Positions 55,649 through 64,000 of a stretch of DNA of 64,000 nt are shown here, in pieces (position 1 is the first letter of the stretch; the number at the start of each line of letters is the position of its first letter). This stretch comes from a virus. Its lineage: Duplodnaviria; Heunggongvirae; Uroviricota; Caudoviricetes. The notes under the pieces are model-generated. The model saw only the letters and a list, made by a program, of their open reading frames with translations, was not told where the DNA came from and did not search any database. The stretch is from the IMG/VR virus record IMGVR_UViG_3300009826_000019, positions 43,941 through 107,940 of that record; one strand, given 5' to 3'. The position numbers and the translations under genes are program-made.

Positions 55649-55975
55649 TTATCCGTTACTTAATGTTCTAACTCTTTTATTACCACCCATTTCAACAACT
55701 TTAATACCACTTGGATCAACAAATGGTTGTTGTTCAACCATCGGTTCAACAACAGGTGGAACAACTTCTTTTTCTAAAACTACATCATTTTTCGGAACTT
55801 CCAAAACGGAGGGTGTTACCTCTTTTGGTTTTACAAACGCCGGTTCTTCACCATACACATAGGATACGTGCACCTTTTCTATTAGTTCGTTAATATATTC
55901 ATTAACGTCTAAATCATTCGCAGCACAATATTCTTCAATAGATTTAATCAATCTTTTCTTAAAAACAAATTTCAT
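55649..55975 (-). CDS. hypothetical protein
   Basis: ORF track. Confidence 0.45.
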   Translation of the reverse strand: MKFVFKKRLIKSIEEYCAANDLDVNEYINELIEKVHVSYVYGEEPAFVKPKEVTPSVLEVPKNDVVLEKEVVPPVVEPMVEQQPFVDPSGIKVVEMGGNKRVRTLSNG

Positions 55976-56037
55976 ATAAGTTCAATTTTATTAAAAATAC
56001 TATTTATAATAAAATAAAACTAATTATATTAAAAGTC

Positions 56038-56508
56038 ATGGCGTTAATTAATGGTCAAAGTTGTCTTGAAAACATAGGTCTGGGTCACAGACCGGTTTTG
56101 TTGATGAAGAACGAATATCAAAAAGAAGAAGCATACGATGTCAATCACCCCAACGCTCTTGCTACCGGTGATGGGCGTGGTCGTGGTACGGCACATGGTG
56201 GTCATACACACTCAATACCTGATTGTACAAAAGCAGAATATATTGGTGAACATTTTCAATCACCTATTGAAGCACAAATAGATAGTAATATTGATTCAGG
56301 TCCGAACCAAACAGGTGCGGGAGATTGTGTTGACGTGAATGGTCGTCTTGGTTTAGCACACAGTGGGCGTAATGCTCTAATTGGAATAAATATTTATGAT
56401 CATATAAATACTTATGGTGCGCACTCTGTAAATACTGAATTGAACGTTAATGACGGTCAGTTCGTTGTTGGATATAACGAAAGAACACCGATTCTTTGTG
56501 CAACATAA
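56038..56508 (+). CDS. hypothetical protein
   Basis: ORF track. Confidence 0.5.
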   Translation: MALINGQSCLENIGLGHRPVLLMKNEYQKEEAYDVNHPNALATGDGRGRGTAHGGHTHSIPDCTKAEYIGEHFQSPIEAQIDSNIDSGPNQTGAGDCVDVNGRLGLAHSGRNALIGINIYDHINTYGAHSVNTELNVNDGQFVVGYNERTPILCAT

Positions 56509-56514
56509 CATATT

Positions 56515-56697
56515 ATGATTTGGTTTCTTATAATACCGATTATTGTAATTTTCATTTTATTTTGTTTTCCACAAAAAAGCAGAAGTGGAAGAGGTGCTGG
56601 TTGGTATAGCGATAGAAAAACTTCCGGTGGTCTCGCTTTTAACACTGAAACAGGTGAATTAGAAGCAGGTGCCGGCAAATTGATTTTACCGTTTTAA
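56515..56697 (+). CDS. small membrane peptide
   Basis: MIWFLIIPIIVIFILFCF. Confidence 0.35.
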   Translation: MIWFLIIPIIVIFILFCFPQKSRSGRGAGWYSDRKTSGGLAFNTETGELEAGAGKLILPF

Positions 56698-56715
56698 TAT
56701 TAAAAATGAAAAATA

Positions 56716-56898
56716 ATGAAGTACGCAGGAGGAATAATCTTATTGGCAGCAGCCTTTTGTTGTGTGTACATCTTTTGTGTATGTCTAATCTTCTTTGTAA
56801 GGACAATACAAAGTATGTTCGCACGAACAAGGTCTGTACACGACCGTATATTGAAGAACAAACGAATTAAACGTTTATTTAGAAGTAAACAAACATGA
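56716..56898 (+). CDS. small membrane peptide
   Basis: GGIILLAAAFCCVYIFCVCLIFF. Confidence 0.35.
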   Translation: MKYAGGIILLAAAFCCVYIFCVCLIFFVRTIQSMFARTRSVHDRILKNKRIKRLFRSKQT

Positions 56899-57008
56899 AT
56901 GTAGGTGGATTAATGTGTGTTATTTTTGCGTATTATATTGCAATATGTGTGTGGGCAGTATTTGCGTTTAGAGGTGCGGATGACGAAACCAATCACCATA
57001 ATCTCTGA
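56895..57008 (+). CDS. small membrane peptide (37 aa)
   Basis: Manual ORF MNVGGLMCVIFAYYIAICVWAVFAF; ATGA overlap with the previous gene. Confidence 0.3.
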   Translation: MNVGGLMCVIFAYYIAICVWAVFAFRGADDETNHHNL

Positions 57009-57313
57009 TTCCAACGTTTCTTAATCCAATTTCCCGATTTATTCGGCCAAGCAATTTGATTGTTTGCACTTGCTTCGGCAAAACTAATTATTAATAGAAG
57101 TAGTACCCAAGCAATATTAATTACCGGTATCCAACCAAATAAAATACCCAAAATAAGATGTTTGGTTTTGAAACCATATTTTTGTGGTATTTCATTACCA
57201 TTATCATCAAAGATTTTATCCTCTTTGGAAACCCATATATTTATTACACGTGCCCTGATAGCATAACCACACAACACCGCTAATATCCCTGCTATTCCAT
57301 ATATTATTGTCAT
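56993..57313 (-). CDS. membrane protein
   Basis: Two to three TM helices. Confidence 0.5.
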   Translation of the reverse strand: MTIIYGIAGILAVLCGYAIRARVINIWVSKEDKIFDDNGNEIPQKYGFKTKHLILGILFGWIPVINIAWVLLLLIISFAEASANNQIAWPNKSGNWIKKRWNQRLW

Positions 57314-57325
57314 ATCATTTGTATA

Positions 57326-57802
57326 TTATTCTTCCTCAAAATCACTTTCATCACCAACACGATGGTTAATTAAAACAGAATCTAATGGTATAGAAAGCGT
57401 ACACTCATATCTAATAGGGTCATCATTTACAAGATTAAACCCTGTAATATAATATGGTTGTCCGTCAATCATTATTTCCATTTGTCCTTTAAAATCAATG
57501 GTAGTACCCTCTTTGTGAAGGCGACACCACTCCATAAGTGCTTCGGATACGCTGGGTTCGGTGTCTTTTTCGGTAAATGTCATTTCAATATTACTCCAAT
57601 GTAATTCTTTATGATTATTCGCAATCTTATCCACAAGTTGTTCTTCCAAAGATATTTCACTTTCAAGTCGTTTTTTACATTCTTGAAGAACTTCTTGGAT
57701 AATATTATCTTCCGGCGTTACATATTCATATTTAGTAAACATTGGACTATCTACTTCCCCAATATTGAGAGGGGGTGTCATTTCATTACTTTCATTATTC
57801 AT
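57326..57802 (-). CDS. tail-tube-family paralogue (158 aa)
   Basis: ORF 57326..58111 trimmed because its N-terminus overlaps tRNA genes; EALMEWCRLHKEG resembles QAVMEWVRLHAES of 43904..44395. Confidence 0.45.
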   Translation of the reverse strand: MNNESNEMTPPLNIGEVDSPMFTKYEYVTPEDNIIQEVLQECKKRLESEISLEEQLVDKIANNHKELHWSNIEMTFTEKDTEPSVSEALMEWCRLHKEGTTIDFKGQMEIMIDGQPYYITGFNLVNDDPIRYECTLSIPLDSVLINHRVGDESDFEEE

Positions 57803-57855
57803 ATCATTTTTTCTATAAATATACAGTATTTTAAAATAACATTGAATTATATGTG

Positions 57856-57936
57856 AGCGGATAGTGGGACTCGAACCCACACGCCTTTCGGCACTAGTTC
57901 CTAAGACTAGCGCGTATACCATTCCGCCATATCCGC
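57856..57936 (-). tRNA. tRNA-Leu (TAG), class II
   Basis: Acceptor GCGGATA/TATCCGC; anticodon arm CTAGT-CTTAGGA-ACTAG; long variable arm GCC-GAAA-GGC; T-arm GTGGG-TTCGAGT-CCCAC. Confidence 0.8.
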
Positions 57937-58002
57937 ATATTATCACAAATATTTGCACTGTTATCATAGGTATTGATAATAGTGCAATTTTATTTGATAA
58001 TG

Positions 58003-58075
58003 TATGAGTGGAGGGATTCGAACCCCCGATTTCGTGGTCCCAAACCACGCGCCATACCAACTTGACCACACCCAT
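58003..58075 (-). tRNA. tRNA-Pro (TGG)
   Basis: Anticodon arm CGTGG-TTTGGGA-CCACG; acceptor ATGGGTG/CACTCAT with one G-U. Confidence 0.7.
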
Positions 58076-58082
58076 GTTGTTG

Positions 58083-58154
58083 ATGTTCCACCAGGACTTG
58101 AACCTGGACAAACAGATTCAAAATCTGTTGTGCTAACCATTACACAATGGAACA
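58083..58154 (-). tRNA. tRNA-Gln (TTG)
   Basis: Acceptor TGTTCCA/TGGAACA; anticodon arm ACAGA-TTTTGAA-TCTGT; T-arm CCAGG-TTCAAGT-CCTGG. Confidence 0.75.
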
Positions 58155-58160
58155 ATGTAG

Positions 58161-58233
58161 CTGGGATAGTAGGTCACGATCCTACGACCTGCGGATTAAC
58201 AGTCCGATGCTCTACCAACTGAGCTATATCCCA
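58161..58233 (-). tRNA. tRNA-Asn (GTT)
   Basis: Anticodon loop CTGTTAA; T-arm GTAGG-ATCGTGA-CCTAC has an unusual A54/T58; acceptor TGGGATA/TATCCCA. Confidence 0.6.
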
Positions 58234-58240
58234 ATTTTGC

Positions 58241-58311
58241 GGTCGATGTGGGATTCGAACCCCTCCTCTACCGTGACAGGGTAACGTGCTAACCATTACA
58301 CTACACCGACC
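58241..58311 (-). tRNA. tRNA-Asp (GTC), possibly non-canonical T-stem
   Basis: Anticodon arm TTACC-CTGTCAC-GGTAG; acceptor GGTCGGT/ATCGACC; T-stem has two mismatches. Confidence 0.5.
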
Positions 58312-58317
58312 ATTTTG

Positions 58318-58393
58318 GGTGAGAGAGGAGAATCGAACCCCCGACCTTCTGATCCACAATCAGACGCTCTAACCTACCTGAGCTACCCTCACC
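58318..58393 (-). tRNA. tRNA-His (GTG) with encoded G-1
   Basis: Extra 5' G pairs with discriminator C73; anticodon arm TCTGA-TTGTGGA-TCAGA. Confidence 0.75.
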
Positions 58394-58401
58394 ATATATT
58401 G

Positions 58402-58474
58402 TAGTCGGTACGGGACTCGAACCCGTTTCTCCACCTTGAAAGGGTGGTGTCCTGACCAATTAGACGAACCGACC
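58402..58474 (-). tRNA. tRNA-Glu (TTC)
   Basis: Anticodon arm CCACC-CTTTCAA-GGTGG; T-arm ACGGG-TTCGAGT-CCCGT. Confidence 0.8.
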
Positions 58475-58483
58475 ATATTTTTG

Positions 58484-58568
58484 TGGAAAGGGTAGGATTC
58501 GAACCTACGAAAGTCCGAAGACAGCGGAGTTACAGTCCGCCCCAATTGACCAACTATGGGACCTTTCC
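58484..58568 (-). tRNA. tRNA-Tyr (GTA), class II
   Basis: Acceptor GGAAAGG/CCTTTCC; anticodon arm GCGGA-CTGTAAC-TCCGC; variable arm GTC-TTCG-GAC; T-arm GTAGG-TTCGAAT-CCTAC. Confidence 0.75.
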
Positions 58569-58569
58569 A

Positions 58570-58609
58570 AACATTTTATCCAAAATAATATTCACATATT
58601 ATTCCGATC
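58570..58609 (-). promoter_or_regulatory. PeSL-like promoter element inside the tRNA cluster (minus strand)
   Basis: Minus strand reads AAGATCGGAATAATATGTGAATATTATTTTGGATAAAATG just upstream of tRNA-Tyr. Confidence 0.5.
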
Positions 58610-58614
58610 TTATG

Positions 58615-58687
<73 letters not shown>

Positions 58688-58774
58688 ATTATTTTTTCGT
58701 TTATACGTTGCTATTTTGTGGTATTTTTACCCACTTTTAGCAACCTATTTTATGTCAAAGAACTTCAAAAAAAA

Positions 58775-58807
58775 ACTCCCATTCATTCGGATAGAATTTA
58801 TGGGAGT
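58775..58807 (-). terminator. rho-independent terminator after the portal gene (minus strand)
   Basis: Hairpin ACTCCCAT...ATGGGAGT with a T9 run on the minus strand. Confidence 0.65.
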
Positions 58808-58970
58808 GTGAAAATATATGAGTTTTACAGAAATTACATAGAAATTCCTCCCAATGGTTTATTATCCTCTGGTTGATCATTATGATACGTTTCGGGTAGT
58901 CCCGCACTGTATGTAATATACTTTTTCATTTCTTTAAAAATAAATTCTATTATAAATAGACAGTTTTTTT

Positions 58971-60950
58971 TTAATTAACCAAAATTTTTTCACTATTTTC
59001 TAAATATTCATCAATTCGTACTATTAAACGTTCAAATTCTTCATTTATTACAGGAGAACCTGTTAAAGTTGGTTTATTTTGTACTACAATATTTTCTGTG
59101 ATAATTTTTTCTTTGTTATGTTTTTTATTTTCCATTGGTGCTGCTTCTGCTGCCCCAGCCTCTGCGCCACCCACATCGGGTGCACCACCTTCGGCAGGTG
59201 CTTCGCCACCACCTTCTTCTGCGCCGCCGCCCATATCATCCATACCCATATCGCCACCTGGTGCACCTCCACCGCCGCCACCGGCAGCCGCTTCTGCTTG
59301 TCCTATTTCAGTAGCACCATAATTATATTCTGCATTTGCTTCACCATATAATGTATCAACTCTATCAAAAAGACCTGTTTTCTTAATAATTTGTTGTGTT
59401 AATACTAATTCGGTTGCCAATGCTTTTTCAAGTCGAAGGTCTTCCAATATCTGATTAATTTCGCTTTCAGGGAATTTCATAATTTCCCTTAACGCTTTTC
59501 TCCACGAATATACTGCTAATCCACCACCCGGATCTGAAAGAGCATCTTTACAAACAAGAATCTTCTTCTGCATTTCTTCAATACGTTGAATTTCTGCTTG
59601 TGTTGAAGGATTGTTCATTGTTATTGTAAAGTTATTCAGTTCGTCTGTAAAACCTAACAAATAAAGATGTATGATAGCAATTTTATTTAGTTCAAGAATA
59701 ACACATTGTTGAATACGTGTAATTATTTTGGCAAATCTTACGTCAGTCATTGATAGTGTTCTACCTTCGGCTGGTGATGCTTCAAAATTTAAAAATACCT
59801 TTGGAATACCCAAGGCGGTGAGCATTTGCAAATGAAGATATTCTAAAATATCTTTAAATTTTTCAAATGCTGAACTACCACTTAACGCCTCGATTTTACT
59901 TGCGTCATTGTTACCTCTAACCGGGATAAAATAATCGTCTAAGGGTGACATTACGTTTTTAGATAAGTCAATATGACCTGTTTGTGGGTCAATTCGGGAA
60001 GTTCTTTTAAATCTGTTTGCTATTTCTTGTACGTATGGTTCAATGTCAGCATCGTCAATTAATCCAACGTCTATTTTGTATATTAATCTATCGTATGCTC
60101 TCTCCATCATATGTATTAACATATGATCTTCCGCCATCATTAATCTTCGCCATTGTTGTCTTGCACCATTAATATATGAACAACCATAGGGGGCGGCAAT
60201 CATATCATTCATTAGTCTGAAATGTCCCACTTGCCAACTATGAAATGTTTGTGGTGCACCTGCGCCAATATATTGAAAATGTGGTTGAAGTTGTGATACG
60301 TCATTGTTGGATACACTACCAGCGTTTTGTGGCATAACACCGTAGGGGTGTAAACTTTGAAATCTTCTCATTTCGACCACAGGTACGGAGTGCCACGCCA
60401 ATATACCGTTTTTAGATTGAATGTTTAACAGTTTATATTCGTTACCATATTTTACCATAGTACGGACTAGGGGTAATAGTTCCAAATGTATTTGAAGTCT
60501 ATTAACGAAAAGGTCTTCTAAAATAAACTTAATTCTATCTGATTTTGAGGTGATATTAATTAGTGAACCGTCAGGTCCTAAAGTACATGTTTCTGATGCT
60601 ACCAAATTTAAAGCCTGATATATTTCAGGTCTTTGGCACATATTTTCAATATCACGATACATTAAGTCAACATAACCCATTGACTGTAAATCACGCATAT
60701 TAGTACGTGCTTGGGTATGTATCCACGTTGAACTTAACCATTTGTCTTGTTTACCTTGAAGTAGTGCCGCATCATATTCCGCTTTATTCTTTGTTTTAAG
60801 AATAATATCGTTATTGTAATCATAGGTGCTCGGGTGAGATGACTGAACAGTGGTGTTGTACTGCCCTTTATCCCACCCTGTTAAAGTTTTTATCAGTGCG
60901 CTATATATACTTATAGGTTTTTCTTGTTTCTTATCCATTATCGAATACAT
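58971..60950 (-). CDS. portal protein, T4 gp20-like, with Gly/Ala/Glu-rich C-terminal extension
   Basis: 659 aa; LDDYFIPVRGNNDASKIEALSG region resembles gp20 [22 protein letters not shown] as recalled; late motif immediately upstream. Confidence 0.6.
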   Translation of the reverse strand: MYSIMDKKQEKPISIYSALIKTLTGWDKGQYNTTVQSSHPSTYDYNNDIILKTKNKAEYDAALLQGKQDKWLSSTWIHTQARTNMRDLQSMGYVDLMYRDIENMCQRPEIYQALNLVASETCTLGPDGSLINITSKSDRIKFILEDLFVNRLQIHLELLPLVRTMVKYGNEYKLLNIQSKNGILAWHSVPVVEMRRFQSLHPYGVMPQNAGSVSNNDVSQLQPHFQYIGAGAPQTFHSWQVGHFRLMNDMIAAPYGCSYINGARQQWRRLMMAEDHMLIHMMERAYDRLIYKIDVGLIDDADIEPYVQEIANRFKRTSRIDPQTGHIDLSKNVMSPLDDYFIPVRGNNDASKIEALSGSSAFEKFKDILEYLHLQMLTALGIPKVFLNFEASPAEGRTLSMTDVRFAKIITRIQQCVILELNKIAIIHLYLLGFTDELNNFTITMNNPSTQAEIQRIEEMQKKILVCKDALSDPGGGLAVYSWRKALREIMKFPESEINQILEDLRLEKALATELVLTQQIIKKTGLFDRVDTLYGEANAEYNYGATEIGQAEAAAGGGGGGAPGGDMGMDDMGGGAEEGGGEAPAEGGAPDVGGAEAGAAEAAPMENKKHNKEKIITENIVVQNKPTLTGSPVINEEFERLIVRIDEYLENSEKILVN

Positions 60951-60956
60951 TTAATA

Positions 60957-60971
60957 TTTAATATAAATAGA
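60957..60971 (-). promoter_or_regulatory. candidate late promoter motif TCTATTTATATTAAA (minus strand)
   Basis: Immediately upstream of the portal ATG. Confidence 0.4.
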
Positions 60972-61046
60972 TGTGGTAGTATTTCAAGATTTAACTATTG
61001 AAATTTTATATTGCAAGGTTATATTATCAATGTATTTAAAATTTAT

Positions 61047-61061
61047 TCTATTTATATAAAA
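61047..61061 (+). promoter_or_regulatory. candidate late promoter motif TCTATTTATATAAAA
   Basis: Lies 15 nt upstream of the ATG at 61077. Confidence 0.4.
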
Positions 61062-61076
61062 AACTGATTATTTAAT

Positions 61077-61907
61077 ATGAAACAGATAAGATCATTTAAT
61101 AAAATGCATGCTTTTTTTACCTCAAAAATCACTGATTTGTATGAAACAGTGGAAGGTAAGAAAATAATCGGCAATTATATAAAACTGTTGAAGGAAAACG
61201 CTATATTGCGAAGACAATTTGATTTATATACACAACTTGAAGAGGGTGTAACCAAATATATTAAGGAAAGTGGTAAAGAGGAATATGTCAATGAGATTTT
61301 AAAATCTTTTGACGGTATGACAAAAAAACAACTTACCGAGGCTAACAACAAACTCTTTTGGTTCTTGATTGAGAATGAGGTTATCACCGAAACTGAAAAT
61401 CCATGGGGAAAACGAAAAGGTGGTGTAATTTTAAAAGAAGGCAAAGAAACATTTGATTGGATATTTACCAAAACCCCTGTGGTTTTCAGGAGTGCCGACT
61501 ATTTGTTGTATGAAGGAAAAAAGGATTTATCCCTGTTTATTGAAAATAAGAAAAGACTTGGGGATAACCTAATTTTGAAAGAAAAAACAGTTAACGAAGA
61601 AGTTACTCCCGAACAACGAATAAAAAATTTCAACCAAAAATATCGTGGTAAATTGACTAACGAAGAAATGAATCTCGTTAGAGAATTGGTTAAAACAACC
61701 AAACCACAAGGTGTAATAGTTGAATATCAAAAGTCTGTAACCAATTCTATTAACGACTTAATCAAAGAAACAGAAGATTTTGAATTGAAAAACAAATTTC
61801 TTCAACTGAAAGAACAAGTTTTATTTGAAGATTATTCTAATCTTGATAAAGCAATGAAACTGTTTGAGATTAGACAGGTAATAGATGAAATTAAAACAAA
61901 TAAATAA
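61077..61907 (+). CDS. hypothetical late protein (276 aa), Lys/Glu-rich
   Basis: ORF track; late motif 15 nt upstream. Confidence 0.55.
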   Translation: MKQIRSFNKMHAFFTSKITDLYETVEGKKIIGNYIKLLKENAILRRQFDLYTQLEEGVTKYIKESGKEEYVNEILKSFDGMTKKQLTEANNKLFWFLIENEVITETENPWGKRKGGVILKEGKETFDWIFTKTPVVFRSADYLLYEGKKDLSLFIENKKRLGDNLILKEKTVNEEVTPEQRIKNFNQKYRGKLTNEEMNLVRELVKTTKPQGVIVEYQKSVTNSINDLIKETEDFELKNKFLQLKEQVLFEDYSNLDKAMKLFEIRQVIDEIKTNK

Positions 61908-61915
61908 TTAATAAT

Positions 61916-62149
61916 ATGTTACAAAGATTTAATAGAAAGCACATACATCACATGCCAAAATTGGTTTATCCTGCTCGAACAGTGTCTAATAAAACACCAA
62001 AAGTAGAAGTTGAAGAAGTTGTTGTACCACAACCAACAGGAAGACCAACTCAAACTGTTACAAGAACCGTTCAACCGGTTGTTGTACCTGTTGCCCCCGT
62101 AGTTACACCTGTACAAGAGGATGAAGAAATAACTATGGAAGTAGAATAA
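61916..62149 (+). CDS. hypothetical protein with Pro/Val-rich tail
   Basis: ORF track. Confidence 0.45.
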   Translation: MLQRFNRKHIHHMPKLVYPARTVSNKTPKVEVEEVVVPQPTGRPTQTVTRTVQPVVVPVAPVVTPVQEDEEITMEVE

Positions 62150-62166
62150 CGGAATAAAAAACAGAA

Positions 62167-62334
62167 ATGATGACAATACAAGAACAAAAGAATAAAATTG
62201 GTTCGCTGTTGGGTGAACCTGTTGTTAATAGGGTACAACCAATCAAAAAAAATGACGGTCTATTTGAAAAAAAGGCGACAACTTGTTCTAAAATTTTGAT
62301 TACAGAAGATAATAAATTATTATTAACCGACTAA
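62167..62334 (+). CDS. hypothetical small protein
   Basis: Manual ORF. Confidence 0.3.
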   Translation: MMTIQEQKNKIGSLLGEPVVNRVQPIKKNDGLFEKKATTCSKILITEDNKLLLTD

Positions 62335-62339
62335 TAATC

Positions 62340-63278
62340 ATGGCAAAATATAATAGAAAAATATATTCATACAAAGGATATAAAATAAAGGAAAACTTGG
62401 AAACAGGTGGTTTCGATATTTTTAAACCTTCGTGGGACCCGAACTATCCGGTTTTTGAAGAATTACCGGATTTGGAACACGCAAAGGTGTGGATCGAATC
62501 TGATAAAAAATCAGACGATGAGGAAAGAATTATGAAGGAAAACGCTGTCAGGAATTATGCACAAAGATTCAAAATAATATGCGAATATAATTTTAATACC
62601 CGACTTGAAGAGGAAGGTGAAGGAGACCCCAACGCCGACCCTAACGCCGCACCACCCGCCGATCCCAATGCAGCACCACCAGCTGACGCTGGTGTGGAAG
62701 GTGATCCAAATGCAGCACCACCGGCAGACCCCAACGCTGCACCACCAACAGACGCTGGTGTGGAAGGTGATCCAAATGCTATGCCAATGGAAGGGGAAGG
62801 TGATTTTGAGGATGTTGAAATGGATGAAGGTGGACTACAACCTGACGACAACGTAATAGACGTGTCTGAAATTACCGGTAATCAAGAACAGACCAATAGT
62901 GAAATGGAAGAGTTGAAAAGTAAATTTGAACAATTGGTTCAACTCAATGATAGAGTTACACAAACATTGGAAAAATTGGCACAGTCGGCAGAAAGTAGTC
63001 AGAGTGCCATTCAATCTGTAAAAGATGATTTAGCACAACGTGTTCCAACTGAAATTGAAAAGTTACAAGCAAGACCAACACAAAGCGGTCCCTTTGAACA
63101 CACAGTAGAAGATTATTGGAAAAACAGACCGGGTGGTGATAAATATGATATTTACCCCGATACCGAAGAAGATGGTGAACCTGAATATGTGTTGCGCAAA
63201 TCTGACATTGAAAATATCAACCCACAATCGGTTTATAACTCATTCAACCAAAAATTAAGAGATATTATCAATTTTTAA
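62340..63278 (+). CDS. protein with (A/T)DAGVEGDPNAAPPADPNAAPP tandem repeats and coiled-coil C-terminus
   Basis: ~60-nt DNA tandem repeat at 62625..62790. Confidence 0.55.
   Translation: MAKYNRKIYSYKGYKIKENLETGGFDIFKPSWDPNYPVFEELPDLEHAKVWIESDKKSDDEERIMKENAVRNYAQRFKIICEYNFNTRLEEEGEGDPNADPNAAPPADPNAAPPADAGVEGDPNAAPPADPNAAPPTDAGVEGDPNAMPMEGEGDFEDVEMDEGGLQPDDNVIDVSEITGNQEQTNSEMEELKSKFEQLVQLNDRVTQTLEKLAQSAESSQSAIQSVKDDLAQRVPTEIEKLQARPTQSGPFEHTVEDYWKNRPGGDKYDIYPDTEEDGEPEYVLRKSDIENINPQSVYNSFNQKLRDIINF
62625..62790 (+). repeat. ~60-bp tandem repeat (~2.5 units) encoding DPNAAPPAD.. repeats
   Basis: Read directly from the sequence. Confidence 0.8.
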
Positions 63279-63350
63279 TTGTTAAAATTCCTTAACATTT
63301 GTTAAATACAAAAATTTTATGTTATTTTATTGAAATAACATAATTTAAGT

Positions 63351-63926
63351 ATGATATCCCGCAAAGGTAAAACGGTCTCATTGGATATAAACAATAATTG
63401 GAAAATCAGTTATGGTACATTTGACGTTAAACATCCAATAACATTATATATTAAATTACAAACGTATGTAATACCATTAGAGGATAAAATAGATACGAAC
63501 ACTATTTTAAATTCTATTGGTGGTTATCAGATTCCATACAGCAGTATATTTTGTTCTCGATTTATTCATAAAACCACATTTGCCACAGCAAAGGTGAAAA
63601 AGAATAAACCGAGTTGTTTAGTGATAACACTAACCGTAAAACAAGAATACAAGGGTATGACACCGTTTGATTCCATACAAAAACATGTGGTTAATCTTGT
63701 AATTGATTTTATGGCAAAAATAACAACCCAATGGAATTTCAAATATAATTTATCAGTTGGTCGTCATCAGGTGGAAATATCACCTACCGACATTGAACTT
63801 GGTAGAGAATATAAGAAATTACTACATTTGGGTTGGGAACCGGAAGAGGTCGCTCAAAAAAACCACAAAACCGTGGAGTTTATAATGAATTGTATTACAA
63901 AATCAAATCAGACTTTGTTGGGGTAA
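63351..63926 (+). CDS. hypothetical protein (191 aa)
   Basis: ORF track. Confidence 0.5.
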   Translation: MISRKGKTVSLDINNNWKISYGTFDVKHPITLYIKLQTYVIPLEDKIDTNTILNSIGGYQIPYSSIFCSRFIHKTTFATAKVKKNKPSCLVITLTVKQEYKGMTPFDSIQKHVVNLVIDFMAKITTQWNFKYNLSVGRHQVEISPTDIELGREYKKLLHLGWEPEEVAQKNHKTVEFIMNCITKSNQTLLG

Positions 63927-64000
63927 AAATTACCGGGACCTGTTTTTCGGGGAAATTTAAGTTCACGTGCAGGTTTCATACTACCACTCGTTCCTGTAAA

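Noticed and set aside
57326-58111. 261-aa minus-strand ORF spanning the tRNA-Leu and tRNA-Pro genes
   Set aside because: Its N-terminal ~100 codons are the reverse complement of tRNA genes; only the 3' portion (57326..57802, starting MNNESNEM…) is retained as a CDS.

Overview
The window is AT-rich, has no rRNA, CRISPR array, integrase or transposase, and reads as a piece of a large virulent T4-superfamily-like phage. The host is probably Bacteroidota-like; this is inferred from A-rich, SD-less leaders (ATAACAATAA...ATG), an LFTAC lipoprotein signal, a HisKA/HATPase kinase and DUF1987.

1) Positions 1-27,700 form a hyperplastic early region of about 70 small + strand ORFs, several of them paralogues. 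Almost every ORF sits behind a conserved ~40-nt element (g)CATCGGAATAATATnnTAAnnTTATATTnAGGGTATAA, 34 copies in this region plus 2 minus-strand copies elsewhere. The element is often fused to a terminator hairpin, which resembles the promoter-early-stem-loop (PeSL) cassettes of T4-type phages. A second strand-specific inverted-repeat motif, TACTCAAATGAGTA, occurs 11 times in this region. The region also carries solitary tRNA-Cys and tRNA-Trp genes and an aberrant 160-nt tRNA-like element.

2) Positions 28,700-64,000 mix late morphogenesis genes with unusual auxiliary cargo. The structural genes are a T4 gp21-like prohead protease, a gp19-like tail tube protein plus a paralogue, a gp20-like portal, He_PIG Ig-domain proteins and acidic low-complexity head/scaffold-like proteins. 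The cargo is: (a) an operon of SPFH/band-7 + NfeD-like membrane protein + a radical-SAM enzyme with a non-canonical Cx14CxxC motif + two paralogous GVFETNSSSxH proteins + an internally duplicated protein; (b) an operon of SLOG-fold protein + HNH-nuclease fusion + unknowns + DUF1987 (SiaC-like); (c) an orphan histidine kinase and a STAS anti-sigma-antagonist-like protein; (d) a beta-carbonic anhydrase; (e) a DnaK-Hsp20-IF-1 module; and (f) a T4 gp61-like primase, a DUF4326 protein and two metallophosphatases. A nine-tRNA cluster (Leu, Pro, Gln, Asn, Asp, His, Glu, Tyr, Thr) sits on the minus strand with an internal PeSL-like promoter. A conserved TCTATTTATAT(T/A)AAAA motif precedes five to six late genes.
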